A stretch of DNA of 64,000 bases from a virus (taxonomy: Duplodnaviria > Caudoviricetes): the IMG/VR virus record IMGVR_UViG_3300042562_000678, positions 607 through 64,606 of that record, one strand, 5' to 3'. Numbering within the stretch: position 1 is the stretch's first letter; each line of letters opens with the position of its first letter. This document shows, in pieces, positions 29,481 through 39,400 of the stretch. The notes beneath the pieces were generated by a model. That model was not told the origin of the DNA. It saw nothing but the letters and a program-made list of their open reading frames with translations, and searched no databases. Position numbers and translations under genes: made by a program.

Positions 29481-31985
29481 TTATCTCCTGCCGTCCGGGC
29501 GAATGTCAATGCGCGGTGCGCCCAGTTGCCACTGCACCCCCAGGCCGTCCAAGGCCGAGCCAACGGTTCCAGAACTGACCTTGAACGCCATCTGCCGCCC
29601 ACGAATCCGCACATACACCTGTTGGGTGAACTGTTGCACGTTGTACGTGATCTGGTTCTGGTAGTTCTGGGCGCTGGTCACCCCTGGATTGTTTGAAGGC
29701 CCATAAGCCGCGCCGGGGAAAGTCCTGGGTATGGCCGTGAAATACGCAGTTGGTTGGTTCACATTGGACCCATCAAACGTCAGGTCAGGAATCAAGCGCC
29801 ACACAAAACCAAAGTTGTTGCCCTCTCCGATGTCAAAGTCGGATGACTGCACATTGGCCACAATCGGGACGGGCGGATTAACCGTGCCGTCATCTACACC
29901 GTCTTCGTGATAAACCAACAAACCATTGTCACTTCCGCCAGCAGCACCGTAAGTAGCCGCCATGGGAAACGCACGAAGTGAGCTGTCCAACCAAGCGGTT
30001 CGTCCTTGATTTACGTTGTTGTAGTTCGACCAGTCGCCGTAGTACCAGACGTTATCCAAGTAGTTGTATATGACGTATCGGTCGATGACGTTGGAATTGG
30101 CAGAACAGTACTGCCACCAGACCTCGTTGTAGCCTTCGTTTGTGCCAGACACAAACTGAAACGATTGCGTTTTGTTGATGTCGGTAAACACATACTCGCG
30201 CAGCGTAGACGGCAGCGTTTCCACCCGGCCTGAGTACATGTAGAACTTATCCAGCCCCATCCAGTATGTAATGTTGCTGGCTGTCGCTACCACGTTGGGG
30301 CCAGCAATGGATATGTTGTCCCCCAGAATTTGGAAGCTCCACACATAGGGCGGGCCAAGATATTGCATAGAGTAAATGGCGGAATCCGTAAACACCAAAA
30401 TTTCTTGTCGAGCCTGCTGGGCTGTAATGATGGCCGATCCGTGGCTGAGCCTGTAATCCCCGGCTTGGTTGGTAGTGAGCGGAGTCCAAGTCCAGATGCT
30501 TTCTTGATCTGACCAACGAATCTGCATTGGGTCAAGCGCAGCAGTGGCGTACACACCAGTCGGGTCATTTGTGCCAAACGCAATTACAAACCGGGATGCG
30601 TCTGATACAGCCACAAAATTTACAACGGATGGGCAAGTGGAATCTACTACCAACCCGTTAATAGTCGCCCCCGCCGCAATGACAATACCCCGATCAAAAA
30701 TAGTTGGGTTTGCATTAACGTCCCAGTAGTAAAGCGGCCCACCCCGAGGGTTGAATACGAGGTTCTCGCCAAAGTTTGACTGGCTCCAAGTGCGCAGTTG
30801 CAAGCCAATACCAAAGCCTGCGGGGGCAGCAGAACCCCAGCCTGTAGCCGCGCTTGTCCCGGTCGTAGCGTACTGAGCAACAGCCGCACCGTTTGAATGC
30901 GCAGTCACATACCCCGCGTACCCGCGCACGCATCCCGTAAACGAAGTGCCTGTTTTGCCGGAGTAAGAAATGATCTCGCCATCAACGGCAAACACGCCTG
31001 TCGCGGTAAAAGTGGCCGCAGAAGTCACGTTGATGGTTGATGTGGCGTATTGAATTACTCCAGTAGAAACGACGTGTGCAGCGGCGGTAGACCCACTTGC
31101 TGCACGGGTGCAACCAGTCAAAGTCGTGGCCGTTACGCCTGAATAGGAGATGATCTCGCCGTCAATTAAGACGCTGCCAGACGCAGCAAGAGGGGCGGTG
31201 CTGGCAACGCTGATGGTTGTTACTGCGCTGTCGATGGCGGCTGACAGTGTAGTGTTGGCGACAGTGGCCAAAGCGCCGTTCAAAGTGGTTGTGGCTAACG
31301 GTCCCGTAGAACCGCCCCAGCCCCCTGCGCCCCAGCCTGCGCCAACGGTGTACACGTCGCCGCCAGTAGAAATTTGATAGGCCGCTACGACTGATGCACC
31401 GCCGTTACCTGAGTCGCTGGCGTTTGCTGCAACAGACGTTGTGATGCTGTATGTGCTTGACGAGATGTATGTGATCTGAAACTCAGCGTTGAGAATGGTG
31501 GCAGTGATATTGCCGCCAAGGCTTGCGGCCCCGCTAAAAGTTACAAAGTCTCCTGTCTGGCCACCATACCCGGAATCAGTTACTACGACCGTTGTTGAAC
31601 CGGTGGTAGCGGCAAACGTAGCGCCCCCTGCCGTTGTGGTTTCCCGAAGTGGGGTTACGTCATAGAAATTGCCGTCCGTGCCGTTTTGAATGTAGTACTT
31701 GAGGTTGGTGCCCAAGCTCAACAGGTTGTATCCAGACAGTGTGACCCAGTTCCACAGAGCGCGGCACACCCCCCACAACGTGCCAGATGCGGGGTAAATG
31801 ATACTGGTGGTCACGCCAGAAACGTCAGGAGACAGAGCGCCCTCATCTTTTACCCAGCCGCCAATCTTTTCGGGTAGACCAGAACGAAAGCGCACCTTGT
31901 TGGTTTGATACCAGCCGCCTTCATTGCCGTAGTTGGTGCTCTCTCGGTTTGTGCCGGGTCTGAATGCAAGTTTCTGTAAGGGCAT
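29481..31985 (-). CDS. tail nozzle / packaged-DNA stabilisation protein (P22 gp10 / tubular B-like)
   Basis: 834 aa; VRFRSGLPEKIGGW, IRWSDQE beta-propeller-like motifs, C-terminal RGRQ...GAPRIDIRPDGRR. Confidence 0.75.
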   Translation of the reverse strand: MPLQKLAFRPGTNRESTNYGNEGGWYQTNKVRFRSGLPEKIGGWVKDEGALSPDVSGVTTSIIYPASGTLWGVCRALWNWVTLSGYNLLSLGTNLKYYIQNGTDGNFYDVTPLRETTTAGGATFAATTGSTTVVVTDSGYGGQTGDFVTFSGAASLGGNITATILNAEFQITYISSSTYSITTSVAANASDSGNGGASVVAAYQISTGGDVYTVGAGWGAGGWGGSTGPLATTTLNGALATVANTTLSAAIDSAVTTISVASTAPLAASGSVLIDGEIISYSGVTATTLTGCTRAASGSTAAAHVVSTGVIQYATSTINVTSAATFTATGVFAVDGEIISYSGKTGTSFTGCVRGYAGYVTAHSNGAAVAQYATTGTSAATGWGSAAPAGFGIGLQLRTWSQSNFGENLVFNPRGGPLYYWDVNANPTIFDRGIVIAAGATINGLVVDSTCPSVVNFVAVSDASRFVIAFGTNDPTGVYATAALDPMQIRWSDQESIWTWTPLTTNQAGDYRLSHGSAIITAQQARQEILVFTDSAIYSMQYLGPPYVWSFQILGDNISIAGPNVVATASNITYWMGLDKFYMYSGRVETLPSTLREYVFTDINKTQSFQFVSGTNEGYNEVWWQYCSANSNVIDRYVIYNYLDNVWYYGDWSNYNNVNQGRTAWLDSSLRAFPMAATYGAAGGSDNGLLVYHEDGVDDGTVNPPVPIVANVQSSDFDIGEGNNFGFVWRLIPDLTFDGSNVNQPTAYFTAIPRTFPGAAYGPSNNPGVTSAQNYQNQITYNVQQFTQQVYVRIRGRQMAFKVSSGTVGSALDGLGVQWQLGAPRIDIRPDGRR

Positions 31986-31993
31986 TTCGATTC

Positions 31994-32470
31994 CTATGAC
32001 AAGAACATGGCGCGTTCGTCAATCCGACGGTTTTGCAGCCCTTTGAGTATTTTCCCACCAGCCATGCAATACTTCAAGAGTTCTTCCGCAGCACCCGCTT
32101 TATCGCCCCGAAGCAGCTTTTGACGAAGCGTTGAACGCTGGAGTGTTCCAAGACCGACATTAAAACTAAAGCTAACAAGGCTATCATACATGCCTTGTGT
32201 AAGGGGAACGGGGCAGAACTGAGCCACTCCACGCTCAAACCTTGCAAGATCGCTTCTGAGAATCCCATCTACTTCATCCTTTGAAAATGTGCGGCTATCT
32301 TCTGGGCGAAGCGGGTAAGCTCCTCTTTGATCCATTGGTATCTTAGCTTGGTCTGGGTAAAGTACATGTCCGACTCCTATTGTCCAAAGCAGGGCTGGGC
32401 ACCGATACGGCTTGTATCGAATGCCCTCGTGGTGGCAGATGACCTTGATGGCCTCTGGGCTGAGATTCAT
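31994..32470 (-). CDS. endolysin, GH24 phage lysozyme
   Basis: HEG....Y.CPA..WTIGVGH catalytic region; SFSFNVG; GLQNRR..E. Confidence 0.92.
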   Translation of the reverse strand: MNLSPEAIKVICHHEGIRYKPYRCPALLWTIGVGHVLYPDQAKIPMDQRGAYPLRPEDSRTFSKDEVDGILRSDLARFERGVAQFCPVPLTQGMYDSLVSFSFNVGLGTLQRSTLRQKLLRGDKAGAAEELLKYCMAGGKILKGLQNRRIDERAMFLS

Positions 32471-32970
32471 TTCTTGAACGCCTGACCGCCAAACCAGAAC
32501 GACACGATACAAGCCCAGATGATCTGGGTCTCATCGTCCCACAGGCTGTCCAACGCCACGGTGAATTCAACGTTTGTGTGCCATGCGTAGTAGAAGCCAA
32601 AGATTTCCACAAACATAAACATGGCAAACATGCCGTAGGTGATGACGCTGCGGGTGGCGGCACGCATGTTGATGACCCAGGTACTTGCACCTTGCCCAAG
32701 GGCTATATCGTGCGCATACAGGGCTTGGCGCTCCTGCATTGCCGTCTGGGCGTTGGTGACCTCTGCGTTGATCTGAATTTGCTCAGTCTGGATGTGTTCA
32801 ATCCGTTCCTGCGCCTCCAGGCCAGCTTTCTTCAAAGTCAGTTCCCGTTCGGTCTGCATGGCGGCAAGTGCCAACTCATGCTTTTTGTCGGCCCGGTCTT
32901 GAAAGAATTCCAGAATCTTGGGCAAACCGCCCATGAGGAAGCTGATGAGGGATGAGAATAAAGTGAGCAT
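32467..32970 (-). CDS. putative holin (3TM-like)
   Basis: Three hydrophobic segments, R.VITY and SFWFG motifs, adjacent to the lysozyme. Confidence 0.6.
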   Translation of the reverse strand: MLTLFSSLISFLMGGLPKILEFFQDRADKKHELALAAMQTERELTLKKAGLEAQERIEHIQTEQIQINAEVTNAQTAMQERQALYAHDIALGQGASTWVINMRAATRSVITYGMFAMFMFVEIFGFYYAWHTNVEFTVALDSLWDDETQIIWACIVSFWFGGQAFKK

Positions 32971-32973
32971 TGT

Positions 32974-33429
32974 TTAACCTTTCAAATCAAAACTTAAATT
33001 GGGGTGGCGTGGATACTGCACAACGCGCTCCCCTTCAGGACACTTGTATTTGATGGTCGCCAGCAAGGTTGCCTTGCCGCTGGCAATCTTCTCTTTTTGC
33101 ACCATCGTCAACTGGTACGTAAATGTATCAATCTCTGGGCCTGCTGGGCCGCTGAATCTGCTTGCGGTGGTGGTCGCTTCATGCACCATACCCGATGCGT
33201 CCCGAATGCTTGGGGTAAAACTTTCAACGGAGCAGTCATCGCGCTTCTTAATCCGTGCGACAGTTACGTTTATTGGCTGTCCAGCCTCTGCCACGATCTT
33301 GAAGTTCTCAGGCGACCACTCAATGATTGCGCGGTCAAACCAGCCAAACTTGTCGGCCAGCGTGTAACTGCCACCCAGTGCGGCAACGCTTGCGGCAACT
33401 GCTCCAATGGCCTTGGTAAGGTCAATCAT
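32974..33429 (-). CDS. membrane-anchored hypothetical protein
   Basis: N-terminal hydrophobic helix, two Cys. Confidence 0.6.
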   Translation of the reverse strand: MIDLTKAIGAVAASVAALGGSYTLADKFGWFDRAIIEWSPENFKIVAEAGQPINVTVARIKKRDDCSVESFTPSIRDASGMVHEATTTASRFSGPAGPEIDTFTYQLTMVQKEKIASGKATLLATIKYKCPEGERVVQYPRHPNLSFDLKG

Positions 33430-33725
33430 TTTTCTTCCTTCTTTTGAGCTTCTTCAATCTGCTTGCGCAGTTTTTCCGTTTTTTCCATTTGTGCTCGGGC
33501 CTCCCGTTTCACCACCATCGTATCCACATACAGCATCCCAACCAAGGGGATGACCAGCACAAAGACCAACGCAAACAGGACTAAGACAAAAAGGTATCCA
33601 AACGACCCCGATGATGAAGACTGATTATCCACAGTAGGCATATCAGGTATCCGATTACGAAAACCACCACCGCCGTTTCCAAAACCCTGTCCAGAATCAG
33701 ATTTTTTAACCTTTGTCGCTGCCAT
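33426..33725 (-). CDS. single-TM coiled-coil protein (possible spanin-like)
   Basis: TM segment FGYLFVLVLFALVFVLVIPLVGMLYV followed by a charged coiled coil. Confidence 0.55.
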   Translation of the reverse strand: MAATKVKKSDSGQGFGNGGGGFRNRIPDMPTVDNQSSSSGSFGYLFVLVLFALVFVLVIPLVGMLYVDTMVVKREARAQMEKTEKLRKQIEEAQKKEEK

Positions 33726-34150
33726 GCTTTCACCCGCTTTTCGTGCAACTCCCGTGCCGCTTGCTCCGATTTCTGGTCCAACAGCTTTTGATACTCTTCA
33801 ACGATCTCCCGCCAAAGATCAGGTTGACCCATCTCCCAGCGCACCATTCTCTCAAGATCGGCATAAAACTGCTTGGTCTGCCGCAGATACATCACATTGT
33901 CGATGGCTTGTGTGGCAAGGTCGTCTTTAATCCCCTTCTTCTGATTCTCTTCACGTTGGTACTGCGCCTTCTCGTGGCTGGCCTCCAACTCCGCGTGTCC
34001 TTTGAAAAACTTTGAGAGCGCTCCGCTGACTTCCCCTGTGATCTTTGTCAGATCGTTGCCTGTTTTCTTCAGGTCTTGATAGACGGCAATGCACCCCTTT
34101 ATGCCTTCATAGGCTCCCTTGCAGAGTGCGAATGCCGTGATCGGGTCAAT
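33581..34150 (-). CDS. membrane protein, probable ATT start
   Basis: Frame open from ATT34150 (IDPITAFALCKGAYEGIKG...) to the stop at 33581; C-terminal TM segment. Confidence 0.6.
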   Translation of the reverse strand: MDPITAFALCKGAYEGIKGCIAVYQDLKKTGNDLTKITGEVSGALSKFFKGHAELEASHEKAQYQREENQKKGIKDDLATQAIDNVMYLRQTKQFYADLERMVRWEMGQPDLWREIVEEYQKLLDQKSEQAARELHEKRVKAWQRQRLKNLILDRVLETAVVVFVIGYLICLLWIISLHHRGRLDTFLS

Positions 34151-34153
34151 TTG

Positions 34154-35950
34154 TTACTCGTACAAAATGTTGATTGAACCCGCGTCAAAAGCGTCTGTGC
34201 CATTGCTGGTGGTGAGACGCACGCGATCAAGAGTACCTGACAGCGTGACATCTCCTCCAACATACGACACAGAAGCAATGCCATTCTTAAACGACCCGGA
34301 CGCAACCCAAACATTTGACCCGAGGCTCGTTAGTATGACTGCACCTGACGTTGTAGAACCCGAAGACCCTGCGCCCCCGATTCCAAACCCAGACGCATCA
34401 TTTCCAGTACCTGCTGTCACTCCGTTTATCACCCCAAAACTAGATGTATAGCCAGTCGTCTGAACAGACCCCGCGCCAATTTGAAGCCTTAAATTTGCCG
34501 ACCCATTTGTGCTTACGCCGTTAAACATCGCAGTGACCCGCAGCACCCCTGAAGGAATGCCCGTAAAGTCAATTGACGTACCGCTGGTAGAGTTTTGTGC
34601 TGTTGCTGACCTGATTAGTGCCGAACTTGCTTGAGTGGCAAGCGTTGCAAGCGTTGCGGTAGTAGCCAAGGTAGCCAGAGTAGCCGTAGTGGCCAGCGTA
34701 GCCAGAGTGGCCGTAGTGGCCAAAGTGGCCAAAGTTGCGGTTGTAGCAAACCCGGCTGATCCCGCCGAAGTAGCAAGCCCCGCGCTGGTGGCGGTATCTG
34801 CGTTGGTAGCAAACCCCGCACTGGTCGCCAGAGTGGCCAGAGTGGCCGTGGTGGCAAGAGTAGCCAGAGTAGCCGTAGTGGCAAGAGTGGCCAGAGTAGC
34901 CGTGGTGGCAAGAGTAGCCAGAGTAGCCAAAGAGGCATTGGTGGCAGACCCCGCAGCGATGCTTGACTGATTAAGCCATGTCGGAGCCGCAGCGCCATTG
35001 GACTGCAACACTTGGCCCAAAGTGCCCGCCGAAGAATATGCGTGCGCAGTGCCTGTGCCATACCCAACCCCACCGTTTGTTGGCGTTGCCGTTGAGTTTG
35101 TACCGCCATTTGCAATTGGTAAAGTGCCCGACACTTCCGTCCCCAAAGCCACGGACCCCCATGTAGGGGCACCAGAAGCGTTGCCGTGCAAAACTTGGGA
35201 GGAAGTACCCGCCAGCGTGGTGGCCATAGCGGTGGTGGTTGAGCCGTAGATAACACCGTATTGGGTCAGGGCAGTTGTCTGTCCAGTACCGCCGTTGGAA
35301 ACGGGCAAAGTGCCGCTCACATGGGTAGCCAAACCAACCTTACCCCAACTTGGTGCGGTTGCCACACCACCAGAAATTAACGCATTGCCCACGGCTATGT
35401 CGGCAAGCTTTGCCAAGGTAGTGGTAGTGTCTGCGTAAAGCAAATCGCCAACAGCGTAAGCGGATTGCCCCGTTCCTCCATTGACAGCAGGGAGCACGCC
35501 AGCAAAACTTGCCGACTGGAGATCGTAAAAACTGGTTGCGTCCGACCAGACCAACACCTTAGTGTTTGCCGCAATTGTCAATGCCACGTTGCCTGCTTTT
35601 GCTGTTGTGGAACCAATGACATCACTTACTCGCAAGGACATTGCAAAATTGGAAGCGTTCCAAATGATGTAGACCTTGGAGACGGGCGGGGCATAAACGG
35701 TGAAAGCTGCGCCTGTTGACGTGGTGAACTGCAACAGTGCGTACACCGCTTGATTATTTGCCGCCGTAGACGCGGGGCCATTGGTGTATGACAGTGCGTA
35801 TGGGCTGCTCGATATGGCTACCGTCTGGTACCCAGTAACCGCAGACTCTAGGATATAAGCCAGATTATTATTGGTTGTGTCTCCCCAAACACCTGCTTGG
35901 GTGCCGTTGGTGGGCAGTTCAATTCGAAGATTTGATGAATACGTGCTCAT
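34154..35950 (-). CDS. tail fibre-like protein 2
   Basis: STYSSNLRIEL...WGDTTNNN N-terminus; GTLPVxNGGTG repeats; ATL/ATT tripeptide repeats; C-terminal FDAGSINILYE. Confidence 0.75.
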   Translation of the reverse strand: MSTYSSNLRIELPTNGTQAGVWGDTTNNNLAYILESAVTGYQTVAISSSPYALSYTNGPASTAANNQAVYALLQFTTSTGAAFTVYAPPVSKVYIIWNASNFAMSLRVSDVIGSTTAKAGNVALTIAANTKVLVWSDATSFYDLQSASFAGVLPAVNGGTGQSAYAVGDLLYADTTTTLAKLADIAVGNALISGGVATAPSWGKVGLATHVSGTLPVSNGGTGQTTALTQYGVIYGSTTTAMATTLAGTSSQVLHGNASGAPTWGSVALGTEVSGTLPIANGGTNSTATPTNGGVGYGTGTAHAYSSAGTLGQVLQSNGAAAPTWLNQSSIAAGSATNASLATLATLATTATLATLATTATLATLATTATLATLATSAGFATNADTATSAGLATSAGSAGFATTATLATLATTATLATLATTATLATLATTATLATLATQASSALIRSATAQNSTSGTSIDFTGIPSGVLRVTAMFNGVSTNGSANLRLQIGAGSVQTTGYTSSFGVINGVTAGTGNDASGFGIGGAGSSGSTTSGAVILTSLGSNVWVASGSFKNGIASVSYVGGDVTLSGTLDRVRLTTSNGTDAFDAGSINILYE

Positions 35951-35974
35951 GGTGTATTTCCTTTAAACGGCAGT

Positions 35975-36385
35975 TTAGGGGCTCAAAGCCCGCAACTCAG
36001 CAAGGGTGGCGCAGTTATCGGCCAGAAGAGGGAGGTCGCGCAGTCTTTGTTTTTCGGCCACGATTGCAGCAGTATCCGCGCCAGATTCTAGTGCCCGCTG
36101 AAACGCCACATCCTGCGTCTCAAGCAAAGCGGTTCTTTCATATCGAAGGCGGTCTTTGGTGAGCAGCTTTGCTTTGTTGAAGTTCACTGTCACAACGCCA
36201 TCAATGTGCTCCCATGCGTTAAAAAAATCGTTGTCGTCATTGGGAAGCGTATCCCCGTCAACAATAAAACTCTGTACGCCAGCGGGAATGTCTTTGGCTT
36301 GTACTTGTTCAATTGGAATGTCCCCTGTAGGAACACAAACGGACACACCGCCCTGCGCATTGGTATAGATAATTACATTTGCCAT
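35975..36385 (-). CDS. tail fibre assembly chaperone-like protein
   Basis: FFNAW...LR.ER..LL...D...KQRLRDLP; located directly after a fibre gene. Confidence 0.65.
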   Translation of the reverse strand: MANVIIYTNAQGGVSVCVPTGDIPIEQVQAKDIPAGVQSFIVDGDTLPNDDNDFFNAWEHIDGVVTVNFNKAKLLTKDRLRYERTALLETQDVAFQRALESGADTAAIVAEKQRLRDLPLLADNCATLAELRALSP

Positions 36386-36409
36386 TTTGAATACACCACT
36401 GGTTGTCGG

Positions 36410-39400
36410 TTATCTGAAACAAGCTACGTTCATACGAGCGCTGTTAAATAAACCCGCGCCCCCTACACTCAGCATCTGTACCGCAGACGCCGTTTGCGTG
36501 CCCCCTGCTGCAACCCAGGTATAGCTGTTGTTAAAAGTCGTATTTTCGCCAGTAATCACACACGCATAGTTTGCGTCCGCCAATGCGCTAGAAAAATTAA
36601 CTGTGTAATCACCTGTGCCATTGCGCGTCACACTGCTTACGTTAAATTGTGCGCGGATGGTTCCAGGTGATGTGGTGCCGTTAAAGTTAACCCATGCTTT
36701 AGCTGCGTTGGTTGCAGTCGTGGCCAAGGTTGCCAAGGTTGCGTTGGTGGCTGAAGACGCAAAGGTTGCGTTGGTGGCTGAACTTGCTGATGAAGCAAAA
36801 GTTGCGTTGGTGGCTGAAGACGCAAAGGTTGCGTTGGTGGCTGAAGACGCAAAGGTTGCGTTGGTGGCAAAACCTGCGTTGGTGGCGGAAGCAGCCGAGC
36901 CTGAAATGCTGATACCCCAAGTGCCAGAGTTGTAAACAACTTGGTTTCCGCCAACTACATACAGGTTGCCAGCAAAATACCCGCGACCATTGTCGGAGTC
37001 CAAGAACCATCGTGCCGTGCCGCCGGATGCGCCATACAGACCCCAAAGATCAGATGGCGCTCCTGCGGGGTTTCCAACTGCGCGCCCCGAACCGGTATAG
37101 GTATACCCAATGCCATACATATTTCCAAGAGTTGTCGTGCCTGGGACGTAAGCGCCGCCAATTGAATAAATTGCTCCAGAGGTTGAGACGGTTTCAATGC
37201 CAGAACTGTATTGCCCGTTCAAATACCCCGCGCCTGCGGCGGAACGATAGATTGGGCTGCTTGTGTTTAAGTATGTTGCGTTTGTTGCGTTGGTTGAAGT
37301 GGTTGCAAAAGTTGCATTGGTGGCAAACCCTGCGTTGGTGGCTGCGCTGGCATTGGTAGCGGACGAAGCAAAAGTTGCGTTGGTGGCTGATGAAGCAAAA
37401 GTTGCATTGGTGGCTGAAGATGCGCTGTCGGCAACGCGTGCAGAGTCCACACGAATCCCATATGTATTAGCGCCGTTCCACCCCATTAAAGTGGGATGAG
37501 TGCCTGACCAAGGATAAGTGGCGTTAGTGTTACTTACCGCCGTACCGCTCGGACTTGTGCTGTTGGAAGCGTCAAAGATAACGTGGTTATTTCCGTAGTT
37601 CTTCCACGCCAACTGACCGACAACCGCTGAGACTGTTCCGTTTGTGGCCCAGTTACTTTGGGTTGATGTTAGGTTTGTTGCGTTAGTGGCAAAGCCTGCG
37701 TTGGTGGCTGCGCTGGCGTTGGTGGCTGAACCTGCCGATGTGGCAAAAGTTGCGTTGGTAGCCGCGCCTGCGTTGGTAGCCGATCCTGCACTGGTAGCAA
37801 AAGTGGCGTTGGTGGCAAAACCTGCATTGGTGGCTGCGCCTGCATTGGTGGCCGTAGTGGCCAGGGTAGCAAGCGTCGCCAGAGTCGCAAGCGTAGCCGT
37901 AGTGGCCAATGTCGCGTTGGTAGCAGAGCTTGCGAAAGTTGCATTGGTTGCGGACGAAGCAAAAGTGGCGTTGGTAGCCGAACCTGCTGCAATGCTGGAC
38001 TGGGCAAGCCAAGTGGGGGCTGCTGCCCCGTTGCTTTGCAAAACCTGCCCGGAGGTGCCCGCCACTGAGTACGCATGGGCCGTACCCGTACCGTATCCAA
38101 CACCCCCGTTTGTCGCCGTCGCCGTGGAGTTTGTGCCGCCGTTGGCAATTGGGAGGGTGCCGCTTACTGCCGTGGCCAGACCAACCTTGCCCCAGCTTGG
38201 GGCTGCGCCCACGCCACCAGAGATCAAGGCATTGCCAACTGCTACGTCTGCGAGTTTGGCCAGAGAAGACGTTGTATCCGCATACAACAAATCTCCCACA
38301 GCGTAGGATGTCTGTCCAGTGCCGCCCAGAGGAGCAGACACTGCCGTAAAACCTGTAGCCAATGAACCCGCAGCAAGCGCTCCGGTTCCAGTAATTCCCG
38401 TGTAAGAACCGCTGAGTCTCGAAGTTCCCAACGTGCCAGATGAGATGTTGCTTGCGTTGGTCGTGTCCGTAGTGGCTGAAGCTGCAAGACCCGACACCGC
38501 CCCAGCAGCGATGGCAATGGCTGTGTTGGTGGCCGTAGTGACTTGGCCCTGGGCGTTGATCGCCATGACCGGGACAGAACTTGCCGTGCCGTAGGTAGCC
38601 GCTGTAACACCTGTGGTGGCAATGTTGAACGTGTAGGTGGGGGATTCAGACAGCCCCGTCCCTGCGGTGTAAGTGATGGGCGCAGAAAACTGCTGGAAAA
38701 CAATCGCGGTTGTGCCAACAACTATAGGGGGCGCGGTCTGTTGTACCCAAGCGGTGTTAACATTTGCTGTGCCGCTGGTTACCAAGAAAAAGTCACCCTC
38801 GTCGATCTGGTCAACTCCGGTTCCAACGGTATCAAAGTCGGTTGCCCGAGTCAGAATGTATGGTGCTCCCGCAGAGCCAACCTGCGTGACCGTGTACACA
38901 CCGTTGTTTGCTTGCGCGGCTTCGTTCTTCACCAATATCCGGTTTGAAACAACTGTGAGGGTTGAGTCCACAGACAAAGCGCCATTGGCGTTTGCCGTGA
39001 GCGTTGCCCCCACCCCAGATGCGCCGTTGTTGTATGTGTTTGCTGGTAGCGCTGTGGTAGTCGCCAAATCCACAGCTTCGTGGAAGTGGATGCCAGACGC
39101 AATGGCGTCGGCGTACTGTTTGTTGACAATGTCTGTGTTGTTAACCGGGGTTGTAGAAACTGTTCCCGCAGTGATGTTGGCCGTGCTGATGTTGGCCGTG
39201 CTGGTGCCCAGTGTGCCGATGTCGAGAACGTCAACAGCCAGCCCAGCCGCGCTCAAATAAACCGACCGCGAAGATGGGTAGGTTACAAAGACATTCTTTG
39301 TGCCAACGCCAAAGGAAACCAACGAACCTGCATTGCTGGAGGACAGCACTGTGGTACGGGACAGGCTTGGGCCTGCCGAAGTGTACGTACCAATACCAAC

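Noticed and set aside
34637-37980. Thr/Ala repeats as ice-binding or ice-nucleation motifs
   Set aside because: The period-3 A-T-x pattern does not match the TxT or AGYGST repeat types, and the context indicates a fibre shaft
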